A DNA stretch of 60,763 nucleotides, filler included, from Catajapyx aquilonaris (lineage: Eukaryota), in assembly GCA_000934665.2 (NCBI GenBank). It is 3 parts of 3 records of this genome, joined end to end, with 100 filler letters (N's around TTAATTAATTAA, not from the genome) between each part and the next. Parts side by side here need not be neighbours in the genome. Positions count along the whole stretch, not along the records: positions 19,679 to 39,247 come from JYFJ02006434.1; 2 more parts are not named here. One strand, 5' to 3'. Numbering within the stretch: the first letter of the stretch is position 1; every line of letters starts with the position of its first letter. The translations under genes and the position numbers were made by a program. The notes below the pieces were generated by a model, which was not told the DNA's origin, made no database searches, and saw only the letters and a list, made by a program, of their open reading frames with translations. Below, one piece after another: positions 23,551 through 37,468 of the stretch.

Positions 23551-24463
23551 TGTGCTAGTTTTCTGTTGTCCAATCCACTTATTATACACTGTAAGTTGAT
23601 CCCTTGACACTGAGCCTACTGATTTTTCAGAAGTGTTAATGTTACATCACATGAGACGCGTTGCACTTGCTGAACGGTTCTTGCAACGGAACAGATTCAA
23701 GACTAATATTATTTTTTCCCAACTCTGGCCCTATTTTCACCTCTACTCACGAGACAATCTAAAAGAGAAATCCTCTCCGAGTAAAGGAACACGACTGTTT
23801 GAGGGTCTGTGAGGCACAGCAGGGTATAAGCCACGACAACATAACACGTCCGCATAGTGAATATTTTGGACAAGGCGAATGATAAGGTCTGTGGATTCGT
23901 AGATACACATGTCCCACGTCTGTTCTGGAAGCAACTGACAGCCTTCTGTTCTAGCCAAGTAGCAGTCGGCAAGGAAGGCAATATTATAGCGTCAATAATT
24001 ATATATTTCTAATGAAGTTCAGACTTCAGAGGTTGTGTAGTGTTAACTGCACGTAACAAACAAGTTTTCAAATCGACATGATCTACTATCTTCTGGGCAA
24101 TTGGACCTCTCACGACTGATCCCCAAGTCCATTCTGGCCAATTAATGGCCAAGCATTGAAGCATTCCTATACTATATGATAATTACGGGGCCTTTGCGTA
24201 ACATGCCCCAGTTCAACAAGAGTGTCTTTCGACTTCTGTTTGGTATTGTTGGAGTCGTGACCTATTTTTCACCTTAACCTCGATACATTAATTTTACGGA
24301 CAGCTAAGGTCACAATACATGACGATGTCCCGAGCAGGTCCATTTATATCACCAGGACTTGTTATTTTTCATGATCTTGTCGCGATAAAAACGATAAGAG
24401 AACAACTTATAGGTAAAGACGGATTAGATTGCAAGGAAGACCCTATAGGAAAGTTGTGCTGAG

Positions 24464-25142
24464 ATGAAGACGATTGTATTTCTGCTCACTGCTATTGGAG
24501 TGGTGGTCGGAGCCCCACAAAAATTAACAAAAGGTATAACAGTCATCCAAAATGAGAATGTGGCAATCTGGACAATGCACGGAATAGGCGCAGTCTAACT
24601 TATTATGGAACTAAATTTTTTGCTCCAGCAAATGATTTATTTGTATGTTTCAGACGAAGGCAACCATGTAAATGATTCGTGCCAACACCCATTCGTTGGC
24701 CTCTCAACAGGATGCTATTACATTAGCGATTTCACTGTCAACTGGTATCGAGCATCTGAACTGTGCGCAAGTTTCGGAGGCCATCTCGTCACCATGAACG
24801 ATCCCGTTGAAAATGACGCCGTTAAAGACTACTTTGCAGGATGTAAGTTATCCTAATGTTGTTGTTTTTTAAATAATAATAATAATATTATTATTCACTT
24901 TCCCCCGCCCGGTTTCAGTGACAATAGATAAACCAAAATTGGCCTGGTTAGGAGCGCATGCCCTGAGTGACGGAGTCAGTTTTTACTGGCAGTCGTCGTC
25001 GGCCCCGGTCTTCTGGTATGGAGGTCAACCACTAAATTCGGCTGAAAGCGATCCTTGTGTGTACTTAGACGGAAATTACAACTATGTGTGGAACAATCTT
25101 AACTGCACGAAGAGTTTCTTATTTATTTGTGAATCGCGTTGA
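24464..25142 (+). CDS. Secreted single-domain C-type lectin (copy A)
   Basis: Exons 24464-24533 (signal peptide MKTIVFLLTAIGVVVG), 24654-24842 (CQHPFVGLSTGCYY...WYRASELCASFGGHLV) and 24919-25142 (WLGA...QPLN...CVYL...WNNLNC...FICE). Both introns are phase 1 GT-AG. Confidence 0.92.
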
Positions 25143-25426
25143 AATTGCCAAAATATCGCCTAAACGTGTATCATTGAATAATGAAACTCATTTGATTGTA
25201 CACAAACAATGTGGCACCTTTTCCGATGTCACGAAGCTTGTAGATACTGTAGGCCTATCATGATTTCATAATGTGACAATCCAAAAATATTGTGCAATAT
25301 CTTTTTGCATGTCATGCAGTTCAGGTTAATTTTAAGGTGGAAAAGACGCTTTTTCGCTTTTTGACTTCAGTTTGTGGCCAAACTGTAATAAACCAAACCA
25401 GGTCCATAAGTACCATATGTGCCTAA

Positions 25427-25553
25427 GGGCCGGTTTCACCGAGCTTGGTATATGATAAAACCAGGTTTCTTTAGGAAAATCCCATACAAATAGATAGGGA
25501 TTTTGAGAAAGAACCCTGGTTTTATCATATACTGAGCTCGGTGAAACCGGCCC
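25427..25553. mobile_element. PIF/Harbinger-type (Tourist-like) hairpin MITE, 127 bp
   Basis: TAA|GGGCCGGTTTCACCGAGC ... GCTCGGTGAAACCGGCCC|TAA. Almost fully palindromic. Confidence 0.85.
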
Positions 25554-27501
25554 TAAATGTTGACAATTAATACAGCAGTACTTGCACTAACTGCTGTACC
25601 ACTCCATCTCAAAGTAAAACCCATCTTCAATGGCATGTATATCTTGCTTTATTCCTCCATGACCTCCGTTTTGGTACATATCGTTACTCAGACACTTCCT
25701 GTAAACATAATTAAGCTACCTTGAGGTGCAACCCACTAAATATCCACTCACGCATATCCATAGTAGTAATACAAAGGTATCGAAATTTGCGTACAAATTA
25801 GTAAGAGGGGCAAAAAAAAAGACGTTTTGGTAGCCAACTCACAAGTCCAACTCAAAACGTGCTGGCCACCTGTCGTGTGAGACTTGCACAGCTAACTAGG
25901 CTAAACTTTCCTGTCGATCTTTTTTGCTTCCAATCTACAAAATAAAACACTATCAAGAGAAAAGAGCGAAAGTTGTGTTTTCCTTGGAGAGCAGATTTTT
26001 TTTGTACAGTTTCATGTGTGTTGCTTGCGTGTTGTTTGCGTGTGGGGGGATAGTGGAGGGAGTGGGTTACATATTCGCACTTGTTTTATCATCGTGTCCG
26101 GTGCAAATAACCTTTCACCTCTTTTTCATTTGGTTTCGAGCTTCACTATTGGGATCTAGTAGCGCAGATATGTGAAAGGAGCTTATGATGTGCTCAAAGG
26201 GGCAGGGAGGTGGGGGAAGGTCACTCGCACTGTCCGCTGGTCACAAAAACATAAGAAAAGACACGCACTCAAGCCCTCCAAATATAAACCCTCCTCTTCA
26301 CTCACGTAATATTGTGTGTGGATTAAAAACTACGACTGTGGATGGACACTTAATAAATTCAGGCACGATTTTATCTACTCTTATCCACACAATGAAGGGT
26401 GAAAAACAAAAACAGAAAAACAAAAATCCTGGAAGATTTACAAGTGAACACATCAATAGGATTATTATTGTTTTAAATGCACAAAATGACTGTTTGCTTT
26501 TGTTCTCTTTTTTTTTGTGCGATCTTCCAAGTCCTTTATGGAAACCCATTTATTGCAAGTTTAATTAATTGCGAGATAATTGTGCTGCCCACTTTCAACT
26601 CGTTAAGGCTCATTGTCTGTACACCACACACACTCGTCTACATGCATCCGGCCATTCACGCACTAAATCACACACGTAAATACACTTTTTAACTATCCCT
26701 AGAGTTGCCCTTTTCTTGGTGGTTTGGCACCTAGCTAATTACTTCTCCAAGTGTAATATTCATCAGTATTCGTTATGGGATGGCACAGTACAAAAAATAA
26801 ATACTTGACAAGCAGCTGCCAATTTGTTCCATTTTCAGCAAGGATTTTTGCCCTCTCGAAAATTAGTGCACAAGCACAGCAAATGGGCAGCGAACTGGGC
26901 AAATACTTATAAACCGCCCTGTACTGCACATATTTGGTAAACCCGCTGAGCCCACCATATTTATCTCGTAATAAACACGCACAATTACAAAACACAGGGT
27001 GGAACAAAAAGTCATCGACAGCCAAGTGTCCACTCGTGCAGGGGTAGCTGCCACTTAACAGCAGCCCAAAATCGGTGGTTATCTAGCCACTCATTTCCGC
27101 ATATGAGATTACAAACTCCAAAAAGATCAAATCGGAGCTACTAGTACTGACATTTAAAAAGTGTTCCACCCTGTGAAACCAAATAATTCCAATGGTGGGG
27201 ATGGGAACTTGGGGGGGAATATCTACCACGTACAAAAAAAAAAAAAAAAAAGATGCACCAAGGCACAAAAAATCGCACTCACTCACTCGCTCACACTCAC
27301 ACATTGTTCCCACACATGAACCCCCCTTCTCCGCAAAACCCCTGCATTGTCCCTGGACAGTTCCTCAATCCCCCAAAAAATGGAAGGTGGTTCACACACT
27401 CTAAACCCACCCAAGTTATCAAAAAAGGAATTGAGCAAATGTGCCGGGACAACACCCTGCAGCCTCCCCCTCAGCCCGAGGCATCCCCCACAAAGAAAGT
27501 C

Positions 27502-30500
27502 TTAAGGCGGAACGTATGGCGGAGGCTTCCTGTAGGCAGGGGTGGGCTTTGGCCTGCTGTGCCTCCCTGCCGAATCTCGCATAGCCGTGAATGGCGGTGG
27601 CGGCTGGTATGGAGGGGAGGATGCGCCACCTTCGCCCCCACCGTCTGATGCATTAAGTAAGCTCCTCTCCTCGGGAGGTACGTACGCATTGTGTGGGTGG
27701 TGGGCATGGTGGGTGGGTGGGGGTGTGGCGGATGAGGAGCGGGAGGAGGGGCGGACAGTGCCAGGCGGAGGAGGCTGACCCCCTTGGTAGTCAGGAGGGG
27801 GCATCGGCGGCTTCTCCTCTTTCATTATCACAGGGCTCTTTGCTGGATCCGGCTTTTCTTCAAGCTCATCCTAAAGTGGATGAAAAAGCAATTTGTGAAC
27901 AGGTCACGCAATGTAAATGGTGGCTACTTCAGCTACACCGTACCTGGAAGATGATTGGGATCCCCTTGTTGATGAAAGTCTTGTTGTCTTCCATTGTCAT
28001 CTTCCCCTTCCTCCTCTTCCTGTACAGCATGCATGCAATGATGGCCGCCAACAAGAGCATGGCAACAATGACCACGGCAGGAACGATGAATGTCACCAGG
28101 TAGTCATCTCCTCCGGCGCTCTCCGAACTTGGAGATTCCTCTTCGTATACAATGATGGGAGGCACAGCCATTGTTGGGGTGAGCTCACCCAGGCACTCCC
28201 CAATGGGCACCACTGAAGCCCTGGTCACATTGTTGTCCGGCGCAAACTTCTCCAAAGCCTCCTTTGCAACAATTCCATCGTCCGTGAGCAGGAAGCGTCG
28301 CAAATATGCAATCAGAAGCTCAGGGCATGGGTCATACGGAAGGCTGTTGTTGTACCAGCGTATTACTGTGCCGTGACCGTCTGGTGCTCGCTCAATGGAT
28401 TTGACAACAATGTAGCGGGTTGGGTGCGGGTGAGGAGGATAAGGCGGGGCCGAAATGCCTGATTTGTCGATATCGTCCTGGTACAGTTTGGCAATTCGTT
28501 CAACCAGTCGGCGCTTAGAAAATGCTGACGTTGAGAGTTGGTCATAGGGAGCTGACACTTCGATGCTGAAAATGGCATTGTAGCGCCGAGGATGCGGACG
28601 GGGCTCCACAACAACAGACATTGCATCGATGGCAGTCAGACCATTCTGGCCTTCACACACCTGTAGGTCAAAATGGCGGGTTAGTTTAGCTATCTTATAT
28701 ATGCTAGATTTCAAAATTATTTAAATTCGTTGAACTTACCAGGTTGTAGTTTGTAGTTCCATTGTCCTTATCCAGTGGCATGCCATAAAATTCCTGATTC
28801 TTGATGTCGAACTGCAGCCAGCTCTCTGGCAACAATGCTGTGTGACTGTCGGTGAAGAGATACACCCTGAGGTTCCTAGTCGCACTCTCAGTCTCATCGA
28901 TGCAAAACTCCTCTGGGACTTGCTCAGTCAGAAGGACTCCTACTGTAGCAGTGATGCGGTCAACTTGATTCCTGAGCTTAGGTCTCTTATATTCCGTGCC
29001 TTCTTTCCTGGTCGGAGGAGTCACACCTGACTGAGGAGGGATCACGACTGGAGGAGGTATTACGGTGGAGCAACTGGTTTGGAATGCGAGAGTGACACGC
29101 TTTGCTCTGAACTCAGGCTGGAGCGACTGTTGCAGCAGCGTGGAAGGTTGGCCAGCTTTGTTCAGAGTCATGCGCTGAAATGATTAATAAATGGATGTAA
29201 TGTTACACTGCCATGTTAAACGTCGTCAATTGATGATACAATTAAATTTATCACTCACATTATAGATCGCTTCTATGGCCTCCTTTGCACACTCATGTCG
29301 AGGCAGTGTTTCGTTGGTCCAGGAGAAGGTAATGTTCTGCTGCCTGACCTCCACCTTCCGGACAAATATGTTGTCCAATCCCCTGTCCCCGAAGAGAGCA
29401 GCCAGCTTGTTCATCAGCAAGATCTCCCAGTCAACAGTCAAGGGAAAGTCCATCTTGTGGTCCAGCGTGATCTCCATGGTAAACTGATGGTTCACTGCCC
29501 TGTATCCATGATGCTGACGAACAATAATCTCCACATCATCTGATCCGGTATCACCTTCACTATCCATTGCCTCGAGCTTGAATTTCCATGCAGATACATC
29601 GTTCTCCAGTGGTCTGGAAAGCACACAAGAAATAATTAGTTGCTCAAGATAATTGTACATGTTCTCAAACTGCCCAAAAAATTCCTCTATGAAGTGTTTA
29701 CTATTATTGTAATACAACAAATATTGCCATTTTTTACATGTTATTCTCATGTACGGTGGTGCATGATCCACTGAATTGTGTGGTGCATGTGCAATTATGA
29801 AATGCCCTAATTAGTCAAAACGTATGGAAACTCACAGGCCGTAGATAGTCTGGTTCACGGCATCCAGCTGCACCCATGAGTCTGCCTTGAGAGACTCTCC
29901 TTCCTTGTCCTTGAAGATTAACCTCAGTGCTCGTGTGTCTCCATCCTCGAAGTCGTTGAAGGTGTTGTCTGGGATGTGGATCTTGAAGAACTTGCCTGCA
30001 GTGACAGCCTGCTTCTGCATGCGCATTGCACGGGTTGGAGGGAAGTTCTTCTGGTTCACTTCTATGGTCTCATGCAAGCCTGGGAGTGGGACAGTCGACG
30101 AAGACATAACTGGGATGGTTGACGTCGGCAACAAGCTGGACTCCAGCTCATAGGATGATGTTGCTTCTTCAAATGAGGATGCATATGGCGAGGAGGATGG
30201 CAGTGGTTCTGTTGGATAACTGGACACTTCCGACGCCACAGTCGACTCCATATCATAGTAGACAGTGGGTGTGGGCGAGAGGAAGCCAACACTCTCCTCC
30301 CAGCCACGCTTTGGCTCCTGTGTGGCTAATACTGTTGGACGTACTGGCTCCAGCGTTGAGGTCAGGACTGGCGTACCATACAATCGCGGGCTGTAATGTG
30401 ACTGCACTCGACGTGGATGTGACTGCAAGGGTGAGTCGTCCCCATGACCATGTCGGTGTGGGTGATTGTGGGTTGGAGGTGGTGGAGAAGACGGTGGTAA

Positions 30501-33500
30501 TGGAAGGATCGACTGGGTGGGAGGAGGAGCATCCGGGAAGACAGGAGAGGACATGGTTGGAATCAGGCGGGAATCTGGAACACCTTCCTCTTCATAATCA
30601 TAATTCTCCTCATCCATGTCACCTGAACCAACCTGCAACAAAACATAGCATTACACTCAAAATGTATTGCAAAACATTTCCTTAATGATCACACTGCAAT
30701 GTGAGTGTACACAAGTAGGAAATTATTTAGAGCAACATAGTGGACAGATGTGCCTGCCTTGCAGTTTCACATCATCACAAGTTGTAATTGCCACATTACA
30801 GTTGTGAATTGCTCATTACGTAGGCAAAGACTGGTCCTGCTGATTGTCAGTGAGCCGATAGATGCATTAGGGCATCCAGTGCCTGGTGGCAACAGTTAGG
30901 TGAGCAATTCTATACGAACTTCATTCTTGATCTAGGCTACTTTGGCTGTGATGATGTGAATCATACTCGATAAACATTCTACATACTACTGGCGCCTTAT
31001 TGCAAACCTATTGCAACATTATTTCCATCAGACGTTCGGATCAGTTTCTGCCAGTTGCCACCTGATTGTTATCAGTTACATGTTACAAAGTGCAACTGAT
31101 TCGCACCTGGATTTTTACATACAAGTGTACTGTAAAGGTCGTTGACTCTATTTACCTCCTCCCCTACTCCTAATGTTACACAATCACAGAGAGAGGAAGT
31201 GGAGAAACTGCATGATACTGGTAAAATCATGATTGGAGAGCAGGTGCCCCTTCTTATGATAATTGATGGACTGTGTATATATTGCAGTAAAACCAGAAGT
31301 AGTGCAGTCCTCTTTCAGCAGGGTGCACAATGAGCTCACTGACTTTTCTGCTGATACTCTCCATTCTCGGACTTGTTGCCGGAGCAACTGAGAGTCCTAA
31401 AGGTAGGCAGTTTTGCTGAGAAAATATGTTCCCGTGCACATCACGTACACAGCATGAAACATATTCTTCATATCGTATTGATGGTGTTTTTTATCTTTCC
31501 TTTTGCACAAAAAAAGGGGGGAATAGCCTTTAAGTCAACTTTAATGAGAATCGTACATTATCAACAATCACTTCTCCTTCCTCCACCTCTCCAGAGCAAT
31601 AGATCTCCATGTCACCAAGAAATAATTTTGGTACATTATTATTCGAGCCCATTTGCGTTACAGTCGCTGCTTCCTACAACTGCTACCATCCTTTCATCAG
31701 CCTCTCAACAGGATGCTACTATTTTAGTGGAACACACAACCTCCAGACCACATGGTACAGAGCAGCTGAGTTGTGCAGAAATTTTGGTGGAAATCTCTTG
31801 GTTATCAATGATCCTGAAGAAAATGCTGTGATTAAGCAGTACCTTGCGACGCGTAAGTTCATCGAACCATCTTGCCCACCAGTAACTTACTTTAGCATTG
31901 AACTATCGTTTCAGAAACTATGCATGGTTGGATAGGCGGTCATCTTCTGAATGACGGCAATTTTTACTGGCTGCCTAGCATGGAGCGAGTCAACTATGCA
32001 GACTGGTACTCAGGGCAACCGTCAAACGCTGTTCCAGGCAACCCATGCATGTACATAGACAAGAACGTGAACTACCAGTGGAGCAACCTTCCATGCACGG
32101 CCTGGAACTTCAGTTTCATTTGTGAAGCAAGAAGCTCCACATGCCCCTAGATTTCAGCAGTTATTTCCCAACAATGATTAAACATGATTATTTCCAAGCA
32201 GCTACTCAAGTTGCACACTTTTTAAAAATAATATGATTCATCACACACCTTGAGTAACATTGTTTTATATCAGTAACTTTTTACTGCTATTTGGGGGTAA
32301 ACCTCACATGATGCCCAGCAAGTTTTCCAGCGAGTTTCTCCGTAATCAGTTACATTTTATCTGATGTAATTGACCATATCAGCGTGAAATAAAAGCATAC
32401 ATGAAAAACTCTCGAATTTTATCACTGCCGCTGAGTAATCCTACTATTTTACGTGCAGACTTTCATTATAACGTGCAGTGTGTTTTAAAAATGTGCCCTC
32501 AGCTCTCATAATCTGTGCACATAGGGCAACTTCCCCTAATGAACAAGCGGAAGTGGATGGCAACTGAGTAGTGAATGGCTGCTTTCAGGCTCCCCGTCAC
32601 GTTTTCCTCAGCCATATCCACCCATTGCCACCTATTCACCGAGGATCCCCCTTTGCGTACTCAGCTTTCGTCATTGGGCAGACAAGAAAAGTTTACTCTG
32701 CATTCCACCAGTTTTCCATGCTCACAAAAATTGAAAATTATTATGATTATTGAGCAGCTTAAATTCCCATCGCAACACTGATGTCAACTTGGTGTGGACA
32801 GTGTTAACCAATTGTTGACTGACCTGCCTCCTCTCCCTATGAACCTGGCTTGCTTCTATCCTGAGCTGCCATCCAGTAACTAGGTACTTCATGAGTAGCG
32901 AGAGTGACCCATCCCTAGCTGCACTCTTGATGTGGTTCACAACCTGCTGGCTGCCCGTGTTCACTTCTCCGTCACAACCAACCTGAGCAATAAAAACTCT
33001 CTCTTAAACCCTGAATCACCATCAATTAATTCAGTGAACCTACCTCCCACTTGAGAGCAAGCGAGATGACCCTCTTGTTCTCTTTCGCATTTCCAGGTCC
33101 TGCCAAAATTATGTTCTCATCATCCATCAGATCCTCCTTGTTGTTGTGGCTCTGAAGAGATACTGCTCCCTGAAATAATCACGGCTAAATAAATAAATAA
33201 ATCCATCTTTTGGTTGGACATCACGTGTAATGTAGACGCTCTTATTACCATTCAAAGCAGTGTTATCAAACGCACTTCATATGCAATTTAGCTGCTGTCA
33301 ATAACGCTTCCATTAAGTAGCCTACCGTTGTTCCAATTCAGTTAATAACACTAGCGATGGTAATTTTAAAACACACTATACTCATACGCTGTTACCAAAT
33401 TAATCGTTAATCAATACAGGCTCCATAATAGCTGCATCACGAACACTGAAGCCAACACTGGTTAAATGACAGCATCCTCTTTACGCAATAATCACGTCAT

Positions 33501-34682
33501 ACATGCACAAGTGATGAGAAAGTCTGTACAATAACATTGCAAGTCAAATGCAAAATCGTCTCATGTTTTTGAGCGATATAGTACATTTCACATTCTTGCT
33601 ACATCTTCATGATATACATGACTTGGATTACCTAGCTCATTAACCAAAATAGTTGTCAGGAACTAAACTATGACGGCCTACTTGAGTATCACTTGAAAGT
33701 GGTATGGTCATTCAAGCATTTATAATATTCTGGTTCAAATTCCCTAGTTACACAAATGACTCACATTGGCAACCTCGAGGAAGTTGGCCCAACTCTTGAG
33801 CAGCACTACCCGATCTTGTGCCTCAACCTGCATGGGCTCCGCATCCAAAATGACCAGAAGAACTGTCCTGTCACCAGCAGGGTCGCACTCGATCCGTCTC
33901 GTAGCCCCTGAATTGATAGTTGGGGAATTGTTGGGGAAGACATTGACGCGCACCGGAGGCCTGCTCTGGTGGGCTGGAGCCACCTCCACAAAGAAGATGT
34001 CCTTTGCAACAGACTGTGGCTGCGGAGTGCTTATGGCCTTAACCACTATGTAGTGCTCTCCAATGTCACACTCCAAGGGGACTCCCTCAAAGGTGGCTGA
34101 ACTGGTATCAAATCGGAGCCAGGATGGCAGTGGTGTGTTCTGAGGACTGCTCACCTGGAAAATTTAAAACCGCTGTAACTACAAGTTGCCGCTTTACCAT
34201 ACAAAAATGATGAAAATGTGCAGTACCTCGTACTTGTCCACATGGCCTGAGAACGCATCGGAGGGTAGTGAATACTGGAAGAGCATCCCGACAGCTGCCT
34301 GGGTGTCTGAAATGCCCCACAACCTCTGTACCCGACTCCTCCCACCCGACCACTCCTCAGATTCGGCAGTCTTGATCCCTGACCCTGCAGACGACCCTGA
34401 GGTAGCCACAGAGGGTGGCAAAGAGTCCTCCACCCCATCAAACCCAAAGTCATCAAGGCTGGATTCGGACTGGTGACCATGGGCCGACTCCCTGAACTTC
34501 CGCGCACCACCCCTCGTCTTCTGGAGGTACTCCAGATCATTCTCCAGGTGGATGGAAGCAACCAGAGGTAGGATGATGGCCAGGAAGAGCACTGTCCACA
34601 CCTGAAGTGTCTGCCTTTTGGGGCTCACAGGCACTGAGAAAAACTCACTTCTCCTCATGATATGTCTCCGAGAGGGAACCAT
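27502..34682 (-). CDS. Dg: Dystroglycan, complete, 9 coding exons
   Basis: Exons 34682-34227, 34154-33765, 33169-33044, 32982-32824, 30632-29836, 29613-29259, 29174-28740, 28660-27944 and 27870-27502. Encodes signal peptide, cadherin-like Ig domain (LPSWLRFD...FEGVP), furin-like RERR, S/T/P mucin region, two Ig+SEA-like modules, TM, RKRRKGK, KGIPIIFQDELEE and terminal PPPYVPP. Confidence 0.96.
31330..32150 (+). CDS. Secreted single-domain C-type lectin (copy B), nested antisense in dystroglycan intron 4
   Basis: Exons 31330-31402 (signal MSSLTFLLILSILGLVAG), 31664-31852 (CYHPFISLSTGCYY...WYRAAELCRNFGGNLL) and 31915-32150 (WIGG...WYSGQPSN...CMYI...WSNLPC...FICE). Same intron phases as copy A. 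Confidence 0.92.
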
Positions 34683-34831
34683 CGGGGGATGAGGTCGATG
34701 GTTGCTGCCACTACTGCAGCATCATTGAGCTACCTGTAAAAGGAATGGTAATGCAATTAGCAACCTGGTTAATAAGTCACGCAGGAATTGTCATGGCCAC
34801 AGCCACTGTGAAGCACTTAGAGGCTAGGTGT

Positions 34832-34879
34832 CAACAATGACTTTCTGGATGAGCGCAACAATGACTTTCTGGATGAGCG
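34832..34879. repeat. Exact 24-bp tandem duplication
   Basis: CAACAATGACTTTCTGGATGAGCG occurs twice in tandem. Confidence 0.9.
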
Positions 34880-37397
34880 CACCAGGTGAAAGGCAGCATG
34901 TCCTGTTGCTGAATCATCCAGTGACTAAGGCCTAATGCACACACTATAAAGTGTACATTGAAGAACCCAATTTCTGGAGCACCAACACATTGAAGAACCT
35001 TGCAACACTGTTTGAAGACTAGTCAAAAATATTTGCACAACTACTTTATCGCTAGCCTTGGAGATGCTGGTAATAAGACACTACAGCATAGCATCACTAG
35101 TCTGAGGAGTCACACCAAACCAGTACGCAGTTGCCCTGAATAGTTTTCTGTATAATATGCTAGCGAGGATGCCCCAAATAATTTCTGGAACCTCCCAGGA
35201 ATCCTTATTATTCTGGCAATTCCATTGTACCCTGTTCCACTTTTCCCAGGAAGAGCTGTGTTGATGATAAAAGTCATCCATTCTTAGTTTCTAGGAAGGC
35301 TTATTTTTCCAGCGAGAGTGTGTGTTGATCACTTCTCCTCCTTGGAGGATGAAGCAAGACATTTTTTGATGGGAGCTTAAATGCAAGATAGCAGAGTTTG
35401 GCTTAAGACTGCGGGGGCCACTTACTTAACTCCTGTCAGGCATGTGGGGTTTCACACCCTCTCAGACCCCCTTGTGTATTTAAAGTCTCGGGTCCCGTCA
35501 AACCCGCGAATTGACGCCCAGCACATGTCTGCCAGGCACATGCACACAGTGGGAGGATCTCACCTCATTTCTGGTGCAATTCCTCCTGGCATTTCGCCAT
35601 CTCCAGAGAGTGGAAGAAAAAAAAAAACGGACTAATTCCTGCCTGCTTTACGACCAACTGCGCTTACAACCATAATCGGAATTTGCGAAGGGGGGAACCT
35701 CTCTCTCTCTCTTTGGCAGTCAGGACCTGAAGAGACGGATCTCTCTCTCCTCCGGATTTCCCTTATATTTTTTCTGGGGTGTCTCTCTGGAGGAATTCCG
35801 GAGACACCACCACCTAATCAGGCACCCAATCCTCGCACCACTCCCGAGTGTTCCCACGTGTCTGATTTACGCCGACACGTCGCTCAAACCCCACCCGAAG
35901 AACCCAAATGCAATTGCTGCACCTACCATCAAAAAGGGGTACACACACGAAATGCAAATTAAAGGCAGCTAGCCCGGAAGCGTCGTGAAAGGAGCGATTG
36001 TTGTGTGCGTGCCCTGCACTTGATGACTCGGCATCGGGCCTCTTCCCAATGATGTCAGACGAATAAGAAAAAAAAAAGGCAGGGCTGAATGTAACGATTT
36101 TCGGGGGCACATTACAGCAAGGACTTTTCTACATGCAGCATTCCAGTCGATGCGTGATGAAGGTCAAATCAAATTCGAGCAGGTTAAGTGGCTGTCCGCA
36201 ATTTTTTGGGGAGGGGGGGTCTACGACCACTTCCTTCCCAGCATAATTATGCTGCTTTTTTCCCTTCCCCAGCCAATTGGCCGCCATTCAAACGGCATCA
36301 CTCTTGTATACACACCCACCCAAACATAACATACACACAAACATGTGCCTGAGTGCTTCCCGTTCCGCCAATTTCAAGTCCCAGACAGGTGTATAAACTC
36401 CTGTTTAAAGTTTCTTAATTGGAGCCCATTTCCTCCGGTGTTTCTAACGCACTGCAGTATAGTGCAGGGCCGTTAAATCAGTTTCGATATCCCCAAACCC
36501 TTAGCACAAAGTTTGGCGACAACTTCTGGAGTGTGCTAAGGGTGTGTGTGTACAGGACATCGGGTTTGCTGGAGAAGGAAATAAAACATCGGAAATGGCC
36601 TTCCCCCCCTCCCCTTCCAGGGAAAAACTCGGGGTGTCGGTTGCTATACGTCTCGTCGACCTCTGCAATTTCATGCTACACTTCAGAAAGAGAATATCCG
36701 GGGGGGAGAGAAAACCTGTTACCGGGAGCTCCAATCATTTCGGCTCTTAATCGCAGTACTTAATCCAACTTGTAATAATCGGAGGCCAACACGCAAATAT
36801 TTCACGAACACAGCACAATTTCTTATTCAAAGCCACCCAAAACAAAAGATTGTGCACTGTGCAACGAATCTAAGCCAAGGACATGCAGCTAGAGTACCTA
36901 TATTTATTTGGCAAGGTCCTCAAAAATGTCGCGTTTGGCTCTCGACCCAGGTCAGTTCCAAGAGACTGGAATCTGTTTCATCGAAAACCCCACACACCCT
37001 GCAGGTTTTTTCCTTTGCATGCTGTCCTCCATAGTTCAAAGTGTCCCGCTGGCGCCTTCCCAATTCCCTCATTTGTTATTATTTCTCGTGGGGCTAGACC
37101 TCTCTCGAGCTGGCTTGGACAATTAAACAAGTTAATTGCAACCCTCTTTGCTTGAATCACACGGCCGTTGCCATCCCTTGGCTATATTTGTGGCCGACAG
37201 GGAGAATTGCAACAGCCTTCCAAGTCCATCAAGGCTTTTACTCGCTTACAGCGAGACGAACCTCTTGTCAAAAAGAGAACTTCAAGGAGCAAGATCCAAT
37301 CAGCCCAATCGAAATGCCAATTTCCGGATTGTATACAACCCTGCAAAATTTCTTACTAAATTTTACGCTCGACCTTGCAATCAGCTTCCAATATATA

Positions 37398-37468
37398 CAG
37401 GGTGACTCCAAAGTGTGGATACATATTATATTGTTGGCTGACAATCCGCAGACTTTAGAGTCACCCTG
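37398..37468. mobile_element. Minimal 71-bp TA|CAGGGTG MITE
   Basis: cagggtgactccaaagt ... actttagagtcaccctg. Confidence 0.65.

Noticed and set aside
27253..30685. Plus-strand ORFs of up to 188 aa overlapping dystroglycan
   Set aside because: Shadows of GC-rich coding exons with no recognisable domains or splice logic.
31595..31630. Possible 36-nt micro-exon in CTL-B
   Set aside because: Has AG/GT borders but introduces TAG in the required phase. The acceptor at 31663 gives a clean frame.
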